Below are positions 18,675 to 28,024 of a stretch of DNA of 61,812 nucleotides, piece after piece. The position numbers and the translations under genes were made by a program. Numbering within the stretch: position 1 is the stretch's first letter; each line of letters opens with the position of its first letter. The notes beneath the pieces are model-generated. The model saw only the letters and a program-made list of their open reading frames with translations. It made no database searches and was not told the origin of the DNA. Location of the stretch: contig CAYMOF010000002.1 in the NCBI GenBank assembly GCA_964392095.1, positions 1 to 61,812 of the forward strand, given 5' to 3'. The stretch comes from an uncultured Candidatus Saccharibacteria bacterium. Lineage in GTDB: Bacteria; Patescibacteriota; Andersenbacteria; UBA10190.

Positions 18675-20648
18675 TTAAAGCAGTCTTTCCGGAGCAAGAT
18701 CGACTGTGTCAGCTTCGGTTTTTTTATAAAGAGGAGTTAGTTTTTTAAGCGGGCCGCTAATGGTTATGTGCGCTTCATATTTCTTTTTGCGCCTTTTAAC
18801 AAAACTAATAAATGGTCCACGGATGGTTATGGTTTCGTCGGCAGACTTATCTTTGGTTGAAGACGAGGCTTGTTGTTGAATTTTGTGAAGGTTTTTTTGG
18901 GCTTTTTTGAGAGCGTCTTCTTCTTTATTGGCGGTGAAGGTTAATTTAACCAGATCGGCGTAAGGGGGATAATAATATTTTTTTCTTTCCTTTAGTTGTT
19001 GGTGGACAAAATCATCGGGGGGAGGCGCCAGTCGTTTTTCGATGACTGTTGGTTGCCTGGTGACTACAAACACCTTTTTCTTTTGATTGCTAAGATGTTT
19101 TTGAAGTCTGACCAAATTGTAATAGGCTCTTTCGACGCTTCTAAAATCAGGATATAGAATATCTATCTCTGGAAATAGCCAGAGAATGCGCTCAAATTTC
19201 TGGTTCTCGATAAAAAGATGAACCGCACTGGTACCAAAAACTACCTTTCCTGATAATTTATTATCTCTATTAAGGTTGTTTTTATTTTTTAATGTGGCGG
19301 CATCAATCATTAAAATTTTGGGACCGGATATCTTTTTTATCTCCTGAATAATTCTTTGTCCTCCCATTTTGGAAACAAAAAGGGTCCCTCTTTTGCATTT
19401 AGGACAGCAAGAAGGCATTTTTCTTGAGTAGCCGCAGTGGTGGCACAATAAAAATTGTTTGGTTTGAGGCTCTTTTTTTTTATTTTTAAAAAATCGACTA
19501 TGAAGATTCAGGGAAACAAAGCAGTTAGGACAACGAAGAATACGCTGACAAGACCTACAGCCCACTGTTTGCCAGGAGCCACGACGATTGTAATAAATTA
19601 ATATCGTTTCTCTTTCTTTGATCCATTTTTTTAATTGACTGGATATGTCATCGGGAACAATTTTTTTAGACGATCTGTCCATAGGAGTTAGGTTGGTAAT
19701 AGATACTTTTGGTTGGACGGGGTTGTTTTTAAGCAAATACAATTTATTTTTCTTTAGTAAATATTCGGCGCGCAGAGAAAGAAAAGATGAAGATATCACA
19801 AGAGGACAGTTATAAATTAAGGCTAGCTCTTTAGCAGCGTAAAAATTGTCTAGTCTAGGGTATTGGTCCCAGAGCTTGTGGGCGGGGAAAAAATCCTCTT
19901 CTATAACAATAAGGTCCAGGTTTGAAAAGGGAGCAAAGAGGCTTTTCTGTGTGCCAATAATTATTTTGGTGTCGCTCTTTTTTATTGACTGCCAGCCGCT
20001 GGATAAATAAGAAGAGGTTTTATCGCTGGTAATTATGATTTGTTTGTATTTGTCAGGAAATAGGGATTTGTAGGTTTTTTCGATCATCCACTTTTCGGGA
20101 ACCAGAACAAATGCTTGGCTACGCTTGTTTTTTTTAAGATAATCAAGGATGATGCTTTTAATTTTTTCGGCTCGGACAGGGGTATCTTTTTCTATAACCG
20201 CGAGATATTTATTATTTGGGGTGTTGGTATTTTTATTTTTGGGTAATTGGGCGTCATCGCTGTTTTGAGCAAATGGTTTTGGGGAAGAAAAAGGGTTAGG
20301 CGGTTGAAAGAGTCTCGCGGTAAAACCAAGACCGCCGTGCGTTGTGTCCGCTATCCAGCGCGCAAATTTAATTTGTCTAGTGGTTAATGCGTTGTTAGAA
20401 ACACGAACTATGGCTTTTGTATGGTGAATTTTAGAACAATGATGAATTTGCATAACTGTTCCTGATACACGTCGAGGACCGAAAGGCACAAGAACTTGAG
20501 AGTAGAGGCTAATTTTTTCCCTGAACTTAGCGGGAACACTATAGGTGTAAAGCCTTTCCTGGTTAGTTTTTATAGGAATGGCCGGAGACACATCCGCGTA
20601 AGTGGTCAAGGAGGTTGAGTTTTTTCTAGGTGTAGTTTTCGACATCAA
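18675..20648 (-). CDS. priA: primosomal protein N' (PriA) homologue with degenerate helicase motifs
   Basis: Collinear with PriA: FVLVPE, IIIGTQKSLFAPF, YNRRG, Cys-rich zinc region CRSCQRILRCPNC...CHHCGY...CPKC. No GSGKT; DEEH replaced by EEDF. Confidence 0.7.
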   Translation of the reverse strand: MMSKTTPRKNSTSLTTYADVSPAIPIKTNQERLYTYSVPAKFREKISLYSQVLVPFGPRRVSGTVMQIHHCSKIHHTKAIVRVSNNALTTRQIKFARWIADTTHGGLGFTARLFQPPNPFSSPKPFAQNSDDAQLPKNKNTNTPNNKYLAVIEKDTPVRAEKIKSIILDYLKKNKRSQAFVLVPEKWMIEKTYKSLFPDKYKQIIITSDKTSSYLSSGWQSIKKSDTKIIIGTQKSLFAPFSNLDLIVIEEDFFPAHKLWDQYPRLDNFYAAKELALIYNCPLVISSSFLSLRAEYLLKKNKLYLLKNNPVQPKVSITNLTPMDRSSKKIVPDDISSQLKKWIKERETILIYYNRRGSWQTVGCRSCQRILRCPNCFVSLNLHSRFFKNKKKEPQTKQFLLCHHCGYSRKMPSCCPKCKRGTLFVSKMGGQRIIQEIKKISGPKILMIDAATLKNKNNLNRDNKLSGKVVFGTSAVHLFIENQKFERILWLFPEIDILYPDFRSVERAYYNLVRLQKHLSNQKKKVFVVTRQPTVIEKRLAPPPDDFVHQQLKERKKYYYPPYADLVKLTFTANKEEDALKKAQKNLHKIQQQASSSTKDKSADETITIRGPFISFVKRRKKKYEAHITISGPLKKLTPLYKKTEADTVDLAPERLL

Positions 20649-21141
20649 ATCTGTATATAGTGTAGCTTTCTTGGTATTCTTTGATCTTCGCTTCTCTTAA
20701 GGCTGTTGCCAGTTGGTCTTGGGGAGTGGTAATGCCCAGCCTGCAAGGAAGAAGAATGGCTGATTTTGATTTTTCAGAAGAAACGAAGATCCCATAATTT
20801 TGGGGGTCTAGTTGAAGGAGGCTAGAGATTCTTTGCAGGTTACCAACCAAGGACACGGAAAAAGATATTGAAGACAGATCGGCTTGGCTTACTTTTCGTC
20901 CGCGGTTGTTCTTTAAAGCGTAAATAGTATTGACGATAATTTCTTCGGCTAAAGATGGCTGGCGAGGCAGAATTGTGCCATAATAAGCTCTCAGGCGCTT
21001 GCCAGGCTTATCGAAAATACTGACGTAACAAGCTTTTTGAGGCAAAAAATCGGTGTTAGAAGAGGAGGGCAAGCACAGTATTTCACCTTTTTTAATATAG
21101 TGGTTAGCTGTTTTTTGGGCCAGCTGGGTGTATTTATGCAT
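20626..21141 (-). CDS. AMMECR1-domain protein
   Basis: 171 aa; overall AMMECR1-like pattern (ACYVSIFDK...LRAYYGTI, ISFSVSLV, YGIFV, SAILLP); family call by eye. Confidence 0.5.
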   Translation of the reverse strand: MHKYTQLAQKTANHYIKKGEILCLPSSSNTDFLPQKACYVSIFDKPGKRLRAYYGTILPRQPSLAEEIIVNTIYALKNNRGRKVSQADLSSISFSVSLVGNLQRISSLLQLDPQNYGIFVSSEKSKSAILLPCRLGITTPQDQLATALREAKIKEYQESYTIYRFDVENYT

Positions 21142-21223
21142 TATTATGGTGTGAAGACAAGGTTATTATTGGCCATTTGTTTTGAACAGGTTTTTATTGA
21201 CCATCAATATTATAATAGTAATA

Positions 21224-21778
21224 ATGGCAAGTAGTATAAAAAAGAGTAATTCGGCTAGGATTTTTGTCGGTTTTTCTGTTCCTGAACATGTCAGGAAGGA
21301 AATAAAGGGGGCGATGAATTATTATGACAAATATTTGAAGAGGTTTGTGCCGGAGGATAATTGGCACATAACCCTGCTTTTCTTGGGAGAAGTAGCTGAA
21401 TACAAAAGATGTCTAGACAGTGTGGCAAAAGACATAACCTGTCTTTTTTTACCGACTCTTTCTGTTGTTTATATAGGTAAGGGATTAAAAAGATCACAAC
21501 TATGGGCCTATGTAGAAAAAAATAATTCAGTGGTTAATTTAAGAGATAAAATAATAAGTAGAACCAAGAAACTACGCCTGCCCACCGGAAGAGGTGCGCA
21601 TAATTTTAATCCCCATATCAGACTAGGAGACATGCTAGAAACTGCCCAGAGTATAGGTATTGCTGACCAGCCTGTAACTGCCACTTTTGTGCCTAAGAAA
21701 GTAAATATTTACAGAAGTGATTTAAGTAAAAAGATGCCTGTGTATTCCGTGGAGAGGCAGATAAATTTAAGTGCTTGA
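21224..21778 (+). CDS. thpR: RNA 2',3'-cyclic phosphodiesterase / 2'-5' RNA ligase family (ThpR/LigT)
   Basis: Two H-x-T/R-x motifs (HITLLFLG and HIRLG). Start moved to ATG 21224 (track start 21182 is TTG); TATAAT at 21211-21216. Confidence 0.65.
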   Translation: MASSIKKSNSARIFVGFSVPEHVRKEIKGAMNYYDKYLKRFVPEDNWHITLLFLGEVAEYKRCLDSVAKDITCLFLPTLSVVYIGKGLKRSQLWAYVEKNNSVVNLRDKIISRTKKLRLPTGRGAHNFNPHIRLGDMLETAQSIGIADQPVTATFVPKKVNIYRSDLSKKMPVYSVERQINLSA

Positions 21779-21785
21779 TGATTAT

Positions 21786-22571
21786 ATGCGTGACCGGTTG
21801 AAAATAGGCAGGGTTTATTGTGAATTTATAAACAAGGAGCAATTTAGAGAATATTGCAGAGACAGATTAAAAGGAAATATTTTTTACCACGTCGTAACTT
21901 TAAATCCAGAAATGGTGGTTTTGTGCGAAAAAAACGATTCTTTTAGGAAGGCTGTTGCTAAAGCCGACATAAGAATACCTGATGGGGCCGGTTTAATTTG
22001 GGCAAGGTGGTATTTAAGATCAAGTTTTTGGCCTCTTATTCCAAGCTTATTTGCCTTTTTCTTTCAAGAGATTGAGAGGGTAACCGGCGTGGAGTCAGTT
22101 TTTGTTCTAGCGGGCTTGTGTGAAGAGGATAAAATTCCTGTTTATTTGTTGGGAGGCACTAGAAACCAAAACCAATTAACCGCAAACAGGCTTAGAAGAA
22201 AATATAAGCGGTTGATTGTTTATGAGTCCATTTCTCATAATTATGAAATTGGGGGGGGCGAAAATATTATAAAAGACATACAGGACAAGAAGCCTGGTGT
22301 AATTTTAGTTGCTTACGGGGCTCCCAAACAAACATTGTGGATCGAATCGGTGAAGAGAAAGTTGCCGGGAGTAAAAGTAGCCATGGGAGTGGGCGGAGCG
22401 TTTGCCATAATAAGCGAAGAGAGGCCTCGGGCTCCTAAATTATTTAGGAAAATAAATATTGAATGGCTATGGAGGCTGTATCTAGAGCCCAAGAGGGCTA
22501 GGAGAATATGGACAGCGGTGGTGAGTTTTTCTTTATTAGTTCGCAAACAAAAAAGGAATTTTGATGCTTAA
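21786..22571 (+). CDS. WecB/TagA/CpsF-family glycosyltransferase
   Basis: TLNPEMVV, IPDGAGLIWA, LLGG, VAYGAPKQ pattern. Start could also be GTG 21771. Confidence 0.7.
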   Translation: MRDRLKIGRVYCEFINKEQFREYCRDRLKGNIFYHVVTLNPEMVVLCEKNDSFRKAVAKADIRIPDGAGLIWARWYLRSSFWPLIPSLFAFFFQEIERVTGVESVFVLAGLCEEDKIPVYLLGGTRNQNQLTANRLRRKYKRLIVYESISHNYEIGGGENIIKDIQDKKPGVILVAYGAPKQTLWIESVKRKLPGVKVAMGVGGAFAIISEERPRAPKLFRKINIEWLWRLYLEPKRARRIWTAVVSFSLLVRKQKRNFDA

Positions 22572-22691
22572 ATAAGCTTTTATTTTGATTTTTACACAGT
22601 TTTATATAATTGACTCGAGAGCATTTCGGACTTAGGGTGAAAGGATGTTTAAAAATAATTGTAAGTTTCTTTAAAGGAGGTGAAATGCTTT

Positions 22692-23330
22692 ATGGTTGAC
22701 GAAGGTGAACAAGAACAAGGAGGTTTTATGCAAAGAATAAAGGAATCACCAAGAACTGTTTCGGCTCTGATTATAATATTGATTGTGGCTGCTGCTATTT
22801 ATGCTTTCTCTGGAGAACGGTCAGGGGTTGAAGACGAGGGTTCCGTGGCTAGTTTAGATAATGTTGAAGAAGCAACTGAAGCGAATGAAGGGGGTTCAGA
22901 AGAGGTGGTTAAATCTGAAGAAGGAGGACAAGCCGAAGAGGAGGCTGACGATAATAAAGGTAGCCCGGCAGTGGCGGCAGTAGAAAGTAGTGAGGGAGAA
23001 GAAGATAAAAACACAGAACAAGTTGCGGAAGCGGAAAGAACTAATGAGGGTTTTGTTGAAGTGGCGCAAACAGGAGATGGGTACACTCATTTAGCGAGGA
23101 GAGCGGCGAACAGGTGGTTGTCGGAGAATCAGGTTGATTATGATGTTACTGACGAGCACAGAATTTTTATTGAAGACTACATTCAAAACCATTTGGGTTC
23201 TGACTCTTTAGAAGTTGGCGAAAGTCACACTGTTACTTTCGATCTGATAAAAGAGGCAGTGGCGGCAGCTGGACAACTAGAGAAAAATCAATTGCAAAAC
23301 TTGAGTAAATATACTGACGCTCTTAGCTAA
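22692..23330 (+). CDS. hypothetical membrane-anchored acidic protein
   Basis: ATG 22692 lies 11 nt after AAAGGAGG; one TM (ALIIILIVAAAIYAF) followed by a Glu-rich low-complexity region. Confidence 0.4.
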   Translation: MVDEGEQEQGGFMQRIKESPRTVSALIIILIVAAAIYAFSGERSGVEDEGSVASLDNVEEATEANEGGSEEVVKSEEGGQAEEEADDNKGSPAVAAVESSEGEEDKNTEQVAEAERTNEGFVEVAQTGDGYTHLARRAANRWLSENQVDYDVTDEHRIFIEDYIQNHLGSDSLEVGESHTVTFDLIKEAVAAAGQLEKNQLQNLSKYTDALS

Positions 23331-23352
23331 AATTAAAGATTTATAGGGAGAG

Positions 23353-23384
23353 GCAAAAAACCCTAAGTATGCAGGGTTTTTTGC
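23353..23384. terminator. bidirectional intrinsic terminator
   Basis: Perfect 12-bp inverted repeat GCAAAAAACCCT / AGGGTTTTTTGC with 8-nt loop. Confidence 0.7.
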
Positions 23385-23469
23385 TATTAAGCGAAGTAAA
23401 GTTTTTATAAAAGTCGCAATTTCAAGTCAAGTATGGCTATTATGGAGTATTAGTGTGTTTATATAAATT

Positions 23470-24849
23470 ATGGAAAAAGAAAAAATAAGAACAAGAATCG
23501 CGCCCAGTCCTACCGGCTATCTTCATGTGGGAACGGCGAGGACAGCCTTATTTAATGAGTTAGTTGCCCTTAAACACAATGGTGATTTTATCATAAGGAT
23601 AGAAGATACGGACACAGAAAGAAGCGAGAGTAAATACGAAAAAGATATTCTAGGAGGACTTAAGTGGCTGGGTATTGAGTGGCAAGAGGGACCGGACAAA
23701 GGGGGCCCGTTCGGTTCATATAGACAGTCAGAAAGATTGGCTTTATATAAACAAGCAATAAAGAAATTGCTGGAGAAAGAAGCCGCTTATTTAACTGATG
23801 AGGGTACTATAAAATTGCGAGTAAAGGAAGAAGAAGTTTTTTTTGAGGACCTTATTAGGGGAAAGGTTGAAATACATACAAAAAGTTGGGGAGGGGATTT
23901 TATAATAGCTCGCTCGATTGACAGCCCCGTTTATCATTTAGCCGTAGTGGTTGATGATGGGGCTCAAGAGATATCTCATATTATTAGGGGGGAAGAACAT
24001 TTAACAAACACCGCTCGTCACATTTTGATACAAAGAGCTTTGGAGATTGAAATTCCTAAATACGCTCACTTGCCGTTATTACTTGGTAAAAATAGAAGAA
24101 AACTTTCAAAGAGAGACGGTAACGTAAGCTTGAACTTGCTCGCTTTTAGAGACAGGGGATTTAGGCCGGAAGCGATGTTAAATTATTTAGCGTTGTTGGG
24201 GTGGAATCCCAAAAACGATGAAGAGTTTTTTACTCACCGGGATTTGGTAGATGCATTTTCTGTCGAGGGAATACAAAAAGGAGGAGCCATATTTGATGAG
24301 ATTAAGCTTAATTCGATAAATAAATATTATTTGAATCTTTTGGATGAGAAACAATATAAGCAATGGGAGGTAACCGGATTAAAAAATAAAATAGGGGGAT
24401 TCAGCCAGAAGCCTGAATATGAGCAGAAAAAGTGGGAAGAGGCCATGAGAACGGAAAGGGGTAGAATTAGCTCTTATGATGATATAGAAGAGCTAATTTG
24501 CTGGGCTGACCCGGGCTGGAAAATTTCCAGTTCTAAAGATGCAAAGGAAATGCTAATAAGAGACGGTAAATATAATGAATTCGAAGCCGGCGAATGTTTG
24601 GTAAAACTAAAAGATTTTCTAGAAAATATTAATGAAGATGGGTTCACGGAAAAAAAACTCCAAGAAAAAACTTTGGCTTGGATAGACGACGGTGGTTTGG
24701 ATAGGGGAGGGGTGTTGTGGCCAATGAGGGTGGCACTGACAGGGAAAAGACATTCTCCTGGGCCTTTCGAGGTGTCGCAGGCCTTGGGAAAAGAGCTGGT
24801 TATAAGAAGGCTCGAGGAAGCAATAAATATATTAGAAAACGGGTTGTAG
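23470..24849 (+). CDS. gltX: glutamyl-tRNA synthetase
   Basis: RIAPSPTGYLHVGTARTALFN (HIGH region) and KLSKR (KMSKS). Confidence 0.95.
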   Translation: MEKEKIRTRIAPSPTGYLHVGTARTALFNELVALKHNGDFIIRIEDTDTERSESKYEKDILGGLKWLGIEWQEGPDKGGPFGSYRQSERLALYKQAIKKLLEKEAAYLTDEGTIKLRVKEEEVFFEDLIRGKVEIHTKSWGGDFIIARSIDSPVYHLAVVVDDGAQEISHIIRGEEHLTNTARHILIQRALEIEIPKYAHLPLLLGKNRRKLSKRDGNVSLNLLAFRDRGFRPEAMLNYLALLGWNPKNDEEFFTHRDLVDAFSVEGIQKGGAIFDEIKLNSINKYYLNLLDEKQYKQWEVTGLKNKIGGFSQKPEYEQKKWEEAMRTERGRISSYDDIEELICWADPGWKISSSKDAKEMLIRDGKYNEFEAGECLVKLKDFLENINEDGFTEKKLQEKTLAWIDDGGLDRGGVLWPMRVALTGKRHSPGPFEVSQALGKELVIRRLEEAINILENGL

Positions 24850-24868
24850 TAATATTAAAATAGTGAGT

Positions 24869-24958
24869 ATGAGAAAATTAAGACGATGGCAAAGAATTGT
24901 TTATACTATCATAGTGATTATTATTGCCGCCGGGATGATTTCTTTATCTTTCTTATAA
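24869..24958 (+). CDS. possible 29-aa membrane micro-protein
   Basis: MRKLRRWQRIVYTIIVIIIAAGMISLSFL: basic N-terminus plus one TM; weak SD; below track cutoff. Confidence 0.25.
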   Translation: MRKLRRWQRIVYTIIVIIIAAGMISLSFL

Positions 24959-25008
24959 TTCACCTTCTTAATAATCACCCTGTAGGACAGTAACTATTAA
25001 GATAAACA

Positions 25009-26241
25009 ATGGATTCTAAAACACCGAAAAGCATTGCCCGTGGTTTAGGTTTGGTTCTTGCGCTGGGCGTAATTGTGGTAAGCGGATTTATAGGCGGGGC
25101 GAATAGAGTGGAGGCTGATGTAATAGACGATCTTAGAGCAGAGTTGAAAGCCAAAAAAGAAGAATTAAAGAAGGCAGAAGACAGGATAGAAAAGTTTAAG
25201 GAGGAGATTCAAATTAAGAAAAAGGAGGCTAAAACTTTAGAACAACAGATCGATCTAATAGATGATAATATAGAACGCCTGCGACTGAACATAAATCAAA
25301 CGGAACTGGAAATTCAGGAGACGAGATCGGAAATAGCGGTCACGGAAGAGGAGATAAATATAAAAGAGCAGGAGATTAGTCACCAAAAAGAGAAGCTGGC
25401 TTCGTATATAAGATCAATGTATGAACTAAATCAGCAGTCTCAGGTAGCCGTTTTTTTGGCATACAAAACTTTTTCCGAGGCCATAAACGAAACATCTACT
25501 TGGCAAGAGCTCCAAGCCAGAGGGCAAAAGGTCCTGGTGGAAATAAAGGGTTTGCGGGATGACTTGGAGAATAAGAGACAAGACCTTGAGGCGTATAAAA
25601 AAGTTTTGGAAGAGTTAAGACAACGTCAGGAAAAACAACAGGCAACGCTTGCAGCTAATAGGAACTCAAAAGAAAGAATTTTGGATTTAACCAGATCGCA
25701 AGAAGAAGAGTTTAAGAAGCTGCTTAGCGAAACCAAAAAAACTCATGAGCAGGCAGAAGAGGAGATTAAACGTCTTGATAGCAAAGTAAGGGAAGAGTTG
25801 GAAAAACAAGGTATTGCTAAGCTTCCTTCGGTCGGAGTTTTTGACTGGCCGGTTAAAACTATTTTTGGTGTTTCCTGCGAATTTCATTGTCCAGATTATC
25901 CGTACGCTTATCTACTGGGGCCGCACTCCGGGATAGATATCCCTACTTATGTAGGGACACCTATAAAAGCCCCAGCGGATGGGTATGTGGCCAGGACCCA
26001 TAATGCCGGGGGGCCGGGCTATAGTTATATTTTGTTGCTACACGGTGATAATGTTTCGACTGTTTATGGACATGTTTCTGGTTTTAACATAGCGGAAGAT
26101 CAAATGGTAAGCCGGGGCATGGTTATTGGCTATACGGGAGGGGTGCCGGGAACAAACGGAGCCGGGTTATCTACTGGTCCTCATTTGCATTTTGAAGTGA
26201 GAAAAAACAATGTACCTATTAATCCAAGGCTGTATCTGTAA
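25009..26241 (+). CDS. M23 peptidase with long N-terminal coiled coil (EnvC-like)
   Basis: Signal/TM, ~250-aa heptad-rich region, then HSGIDI, GHVSGF, GPHLHFEV metal-site motifs. Confidence 0.85.
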   Translation: MDSKTPKSIARGLGLVLALGVIVVSGFIGGANRVEADVIDDLRAELKAKKEELKKAEDRIEKFKEEIQIKKKEAKTLEQQIDLIDDNIERLRLNINQTELEIQETRSEIAVTEEEINIKEQEISHQKEKLASYIRSMYELNQQSQVAVFLAYKTFSEAINETSTWQELQARGQKVLVEIKGLRDDLENKRQDLEAYKKVLEELRQRQEKQQATLAANRNSKERILDLTRSQEEEFKKLLSETKKTHEQAEEEIKRLDSKVREELEKQGIAKLPSVGVFDWPVKTIFGVSCEFHCPDYPYAYLLGPHSGIDIPTYVGTPIKAPADGYVARTHNAGGPGYSYILLLHGDNVSTVYGHVSGFNIAEDQMVSRGMVIGYTGGVPGTNGAGLSTGPHLHFEVRKNNVPINPRLYL

Positions 26242-26253
26242 AATATACATTAT

Positions 26254-26376
26254 ATGGATCCAGATGATGTTTTTGAATCAATAGTAATTAAAACCGTATA
26301 TATTTGGGGACCTTTTTATGCGGTTTATTACTTAATCAGGTTGATTTTCAGGGAGCTGTTTACGAACAAGGACTAG
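26254..26376 (+). CDS. possible 40-aa small protein
   Basis: MDPDDVFESIVIKTVYIWGPFYAVYYLIRLIFRELFTNKD; no SD seen; below track cutoff. Confidence 0.15.
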   Translation: MDPDDVFESIVIKTVYIWGPFYAVYYLIRLIFRELFTNKD

Positions 26377-26401
26377 ACAACTGATTAAATAGTCTAAGTA
26401 T

Positions 26402-26626
26402 ATGGCAAATATTTCAGAGTTTTTATCAAGACTTCCTAAGCAAGAAGCCCTAGATTTTATTCAACAATTAGAGGGGGATTATAAATGGTATGTTATTGGT
26501 TTTGTGTTGGTGGTTATAACTATGCTGGTAACAAAGTTTATTTTTAAAACGATTAAGTGGTTTATTATTATAACGGCAGCGGCTTTTTTGGTTTTTTCAT
26601 TCGCATATTATTTTATAGGATTTTAG
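26402..26626 (+). CDS. hypothetical small membrane protein (74 aa, 2 TM)
   Basis: ORF track; two hydrophobic helices. Confidence 0.35.
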   Translation: MANISEFLSRLPKQEALDFIQQLEGDYKWYVIGFVLVVITMLVTKFIFKTIKWFIIITAAAFLVFSFAYYFIGF

Positions 26627-27511
26627 CCATAGGCCTTCAAAGATTTTTGTATAAAAGAGGAGGGGGATAGGAGTTGGTGATTAAGTGTCCTTGTTGTTGT
26701 TAAGTTTCGCGTTAATAAATTAATTTTAAGTTTGTAGTGCCTAGTAGGTTGAAGTGATTATATCCGTAGAAAACAGAGGATCTTATTGAATCAAGATTGT
26801 TTATTAATATTATGCGACGTTGTTCAGATGTTTAGTAAAAATGAGGGGATGAGTAGTATAATCTTAGAAGGTGTCCTTGAAATAGTTAAGCAAATAAATG
26901 AAGTTAGTCGCGGCTTTTCGATTGGCGGCTCTTTTGCTAAATAAAAATCGATAAATAATTTTTATTATTATTTAAATACATATAGCCTTGGGGTAAAAAT
27001 ATAAAATTACTGTTTTTGTTGTTTATAAATTATAAAAGTTGTTGGTGCGGGGGGAGTTAATAAGATAAATGTTGCAACCAGATAGAAAAAAGTGATTATG
27101 GGGTGTGTTAAGAAGCATAACAATATAAAAGAAATAGAATAAGCCCATATTACCAAGCAACGGGTTAGTAAAAGGCTTTATTATAACGCCGCACATTGTA
27201 TCTTATGCGACTTAGTGTGGTTATGTTTCCCATTTATGTTATCCACAGGAAGCGAACATTCAGCAAAAAAGTGTCAAGTTAAAAATAAAAATTATTATTA
27301 TCTCTGTTATTTTGGGCAGTGTTTTAAATCGAGTCCTCATATAGATTGTTTCTCTCCCCTACTTAGAACGGTGAAAATATTTATTAAGAACTAAGCAAGA
27401 TTTTTAAAGAATAAAAACGTAAGAATATAAATTGACAATATATAATATTATTGTTTTATATGTTTATTCTTTGATTTGGCGCAGAGACAACATTTTTGTT
27501 ATCAGAGTAAT

Positions 27512-28012
27512 CTATATGCCTAATTTCTCCTTGGTGCATTTACCGGGAGAATAACCGGCTTGAACAGCTTCTTCTTGGGAGCCAAACCATATTTGATTGG
27601 CCTCTTTGATTCTTTTACTGGATGGGCAGTCAGGGTGATGATAAAGATCAGAGTTTACACTACCGACAAATTTTTTCGTTTGGGAGGGAGCCGGCTTTTT
27701 TGAATTTTCAATAATTGCACCAGCTATTTCGGAAGAAGGAGTGGGTGACGAAGTTGATGTTGATGGTTTTTTGTCCTTTCTTGCCTCTATCCCCTGCTCC
27801 TTTAGATCTATTAGCACTTGGTTGTCGTTATAATTTTCATTTAAGTTCCCGTTATCTGCTTCTTGAAAAATTATCGGATGAGAAGAATAATAAGGAGACA
27901 TTATTTTGCCAAGCTGCCAACCGGTTGCAAATACCGCCACGGTGAATAATATTTGCCATAGAAGGTATGGCTTTTTTTTAATAATGACCCAAAGTTCGGT
28001 TAGATCAATCAT
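27512..28012 (-). CDS. membrane-anchored protein with C-terminal Ada-type zinc-binding (sunset-like) domain
   Basis: N-terminal TM; Ser/Thr/Pro linker; C-terminal YHHPDCPSSKRIKEANQIWFGSQEEAVQAGYSPGKC pattern. Confidence 0.5.
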   Translation of the reverse strand: MIDLTELWVIIKKKPYLLWQILFTVAVFATGWQLGKIMSPYYSSHPIIFQEADNGNLNENYNDNQVLIDLKEQGIEARKDKKPSTSTSSPTPSSEIAGAIIENSKKPAPSQTKKFVGSVNSDLYHHPDCPSSKRIKEANQIWFGSQEEAVQAGYSPGKCTKEKLGI

Positions 28013-28024
28013 TATATAATAATT

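Noticed and set aside
26627-27511. CRISPR array or other periodic repeat in the long spacer
   Set aside because: No regularly spaced repeats of 20 nt or more. Only a few 9-mers occur twice, at irregular distances.
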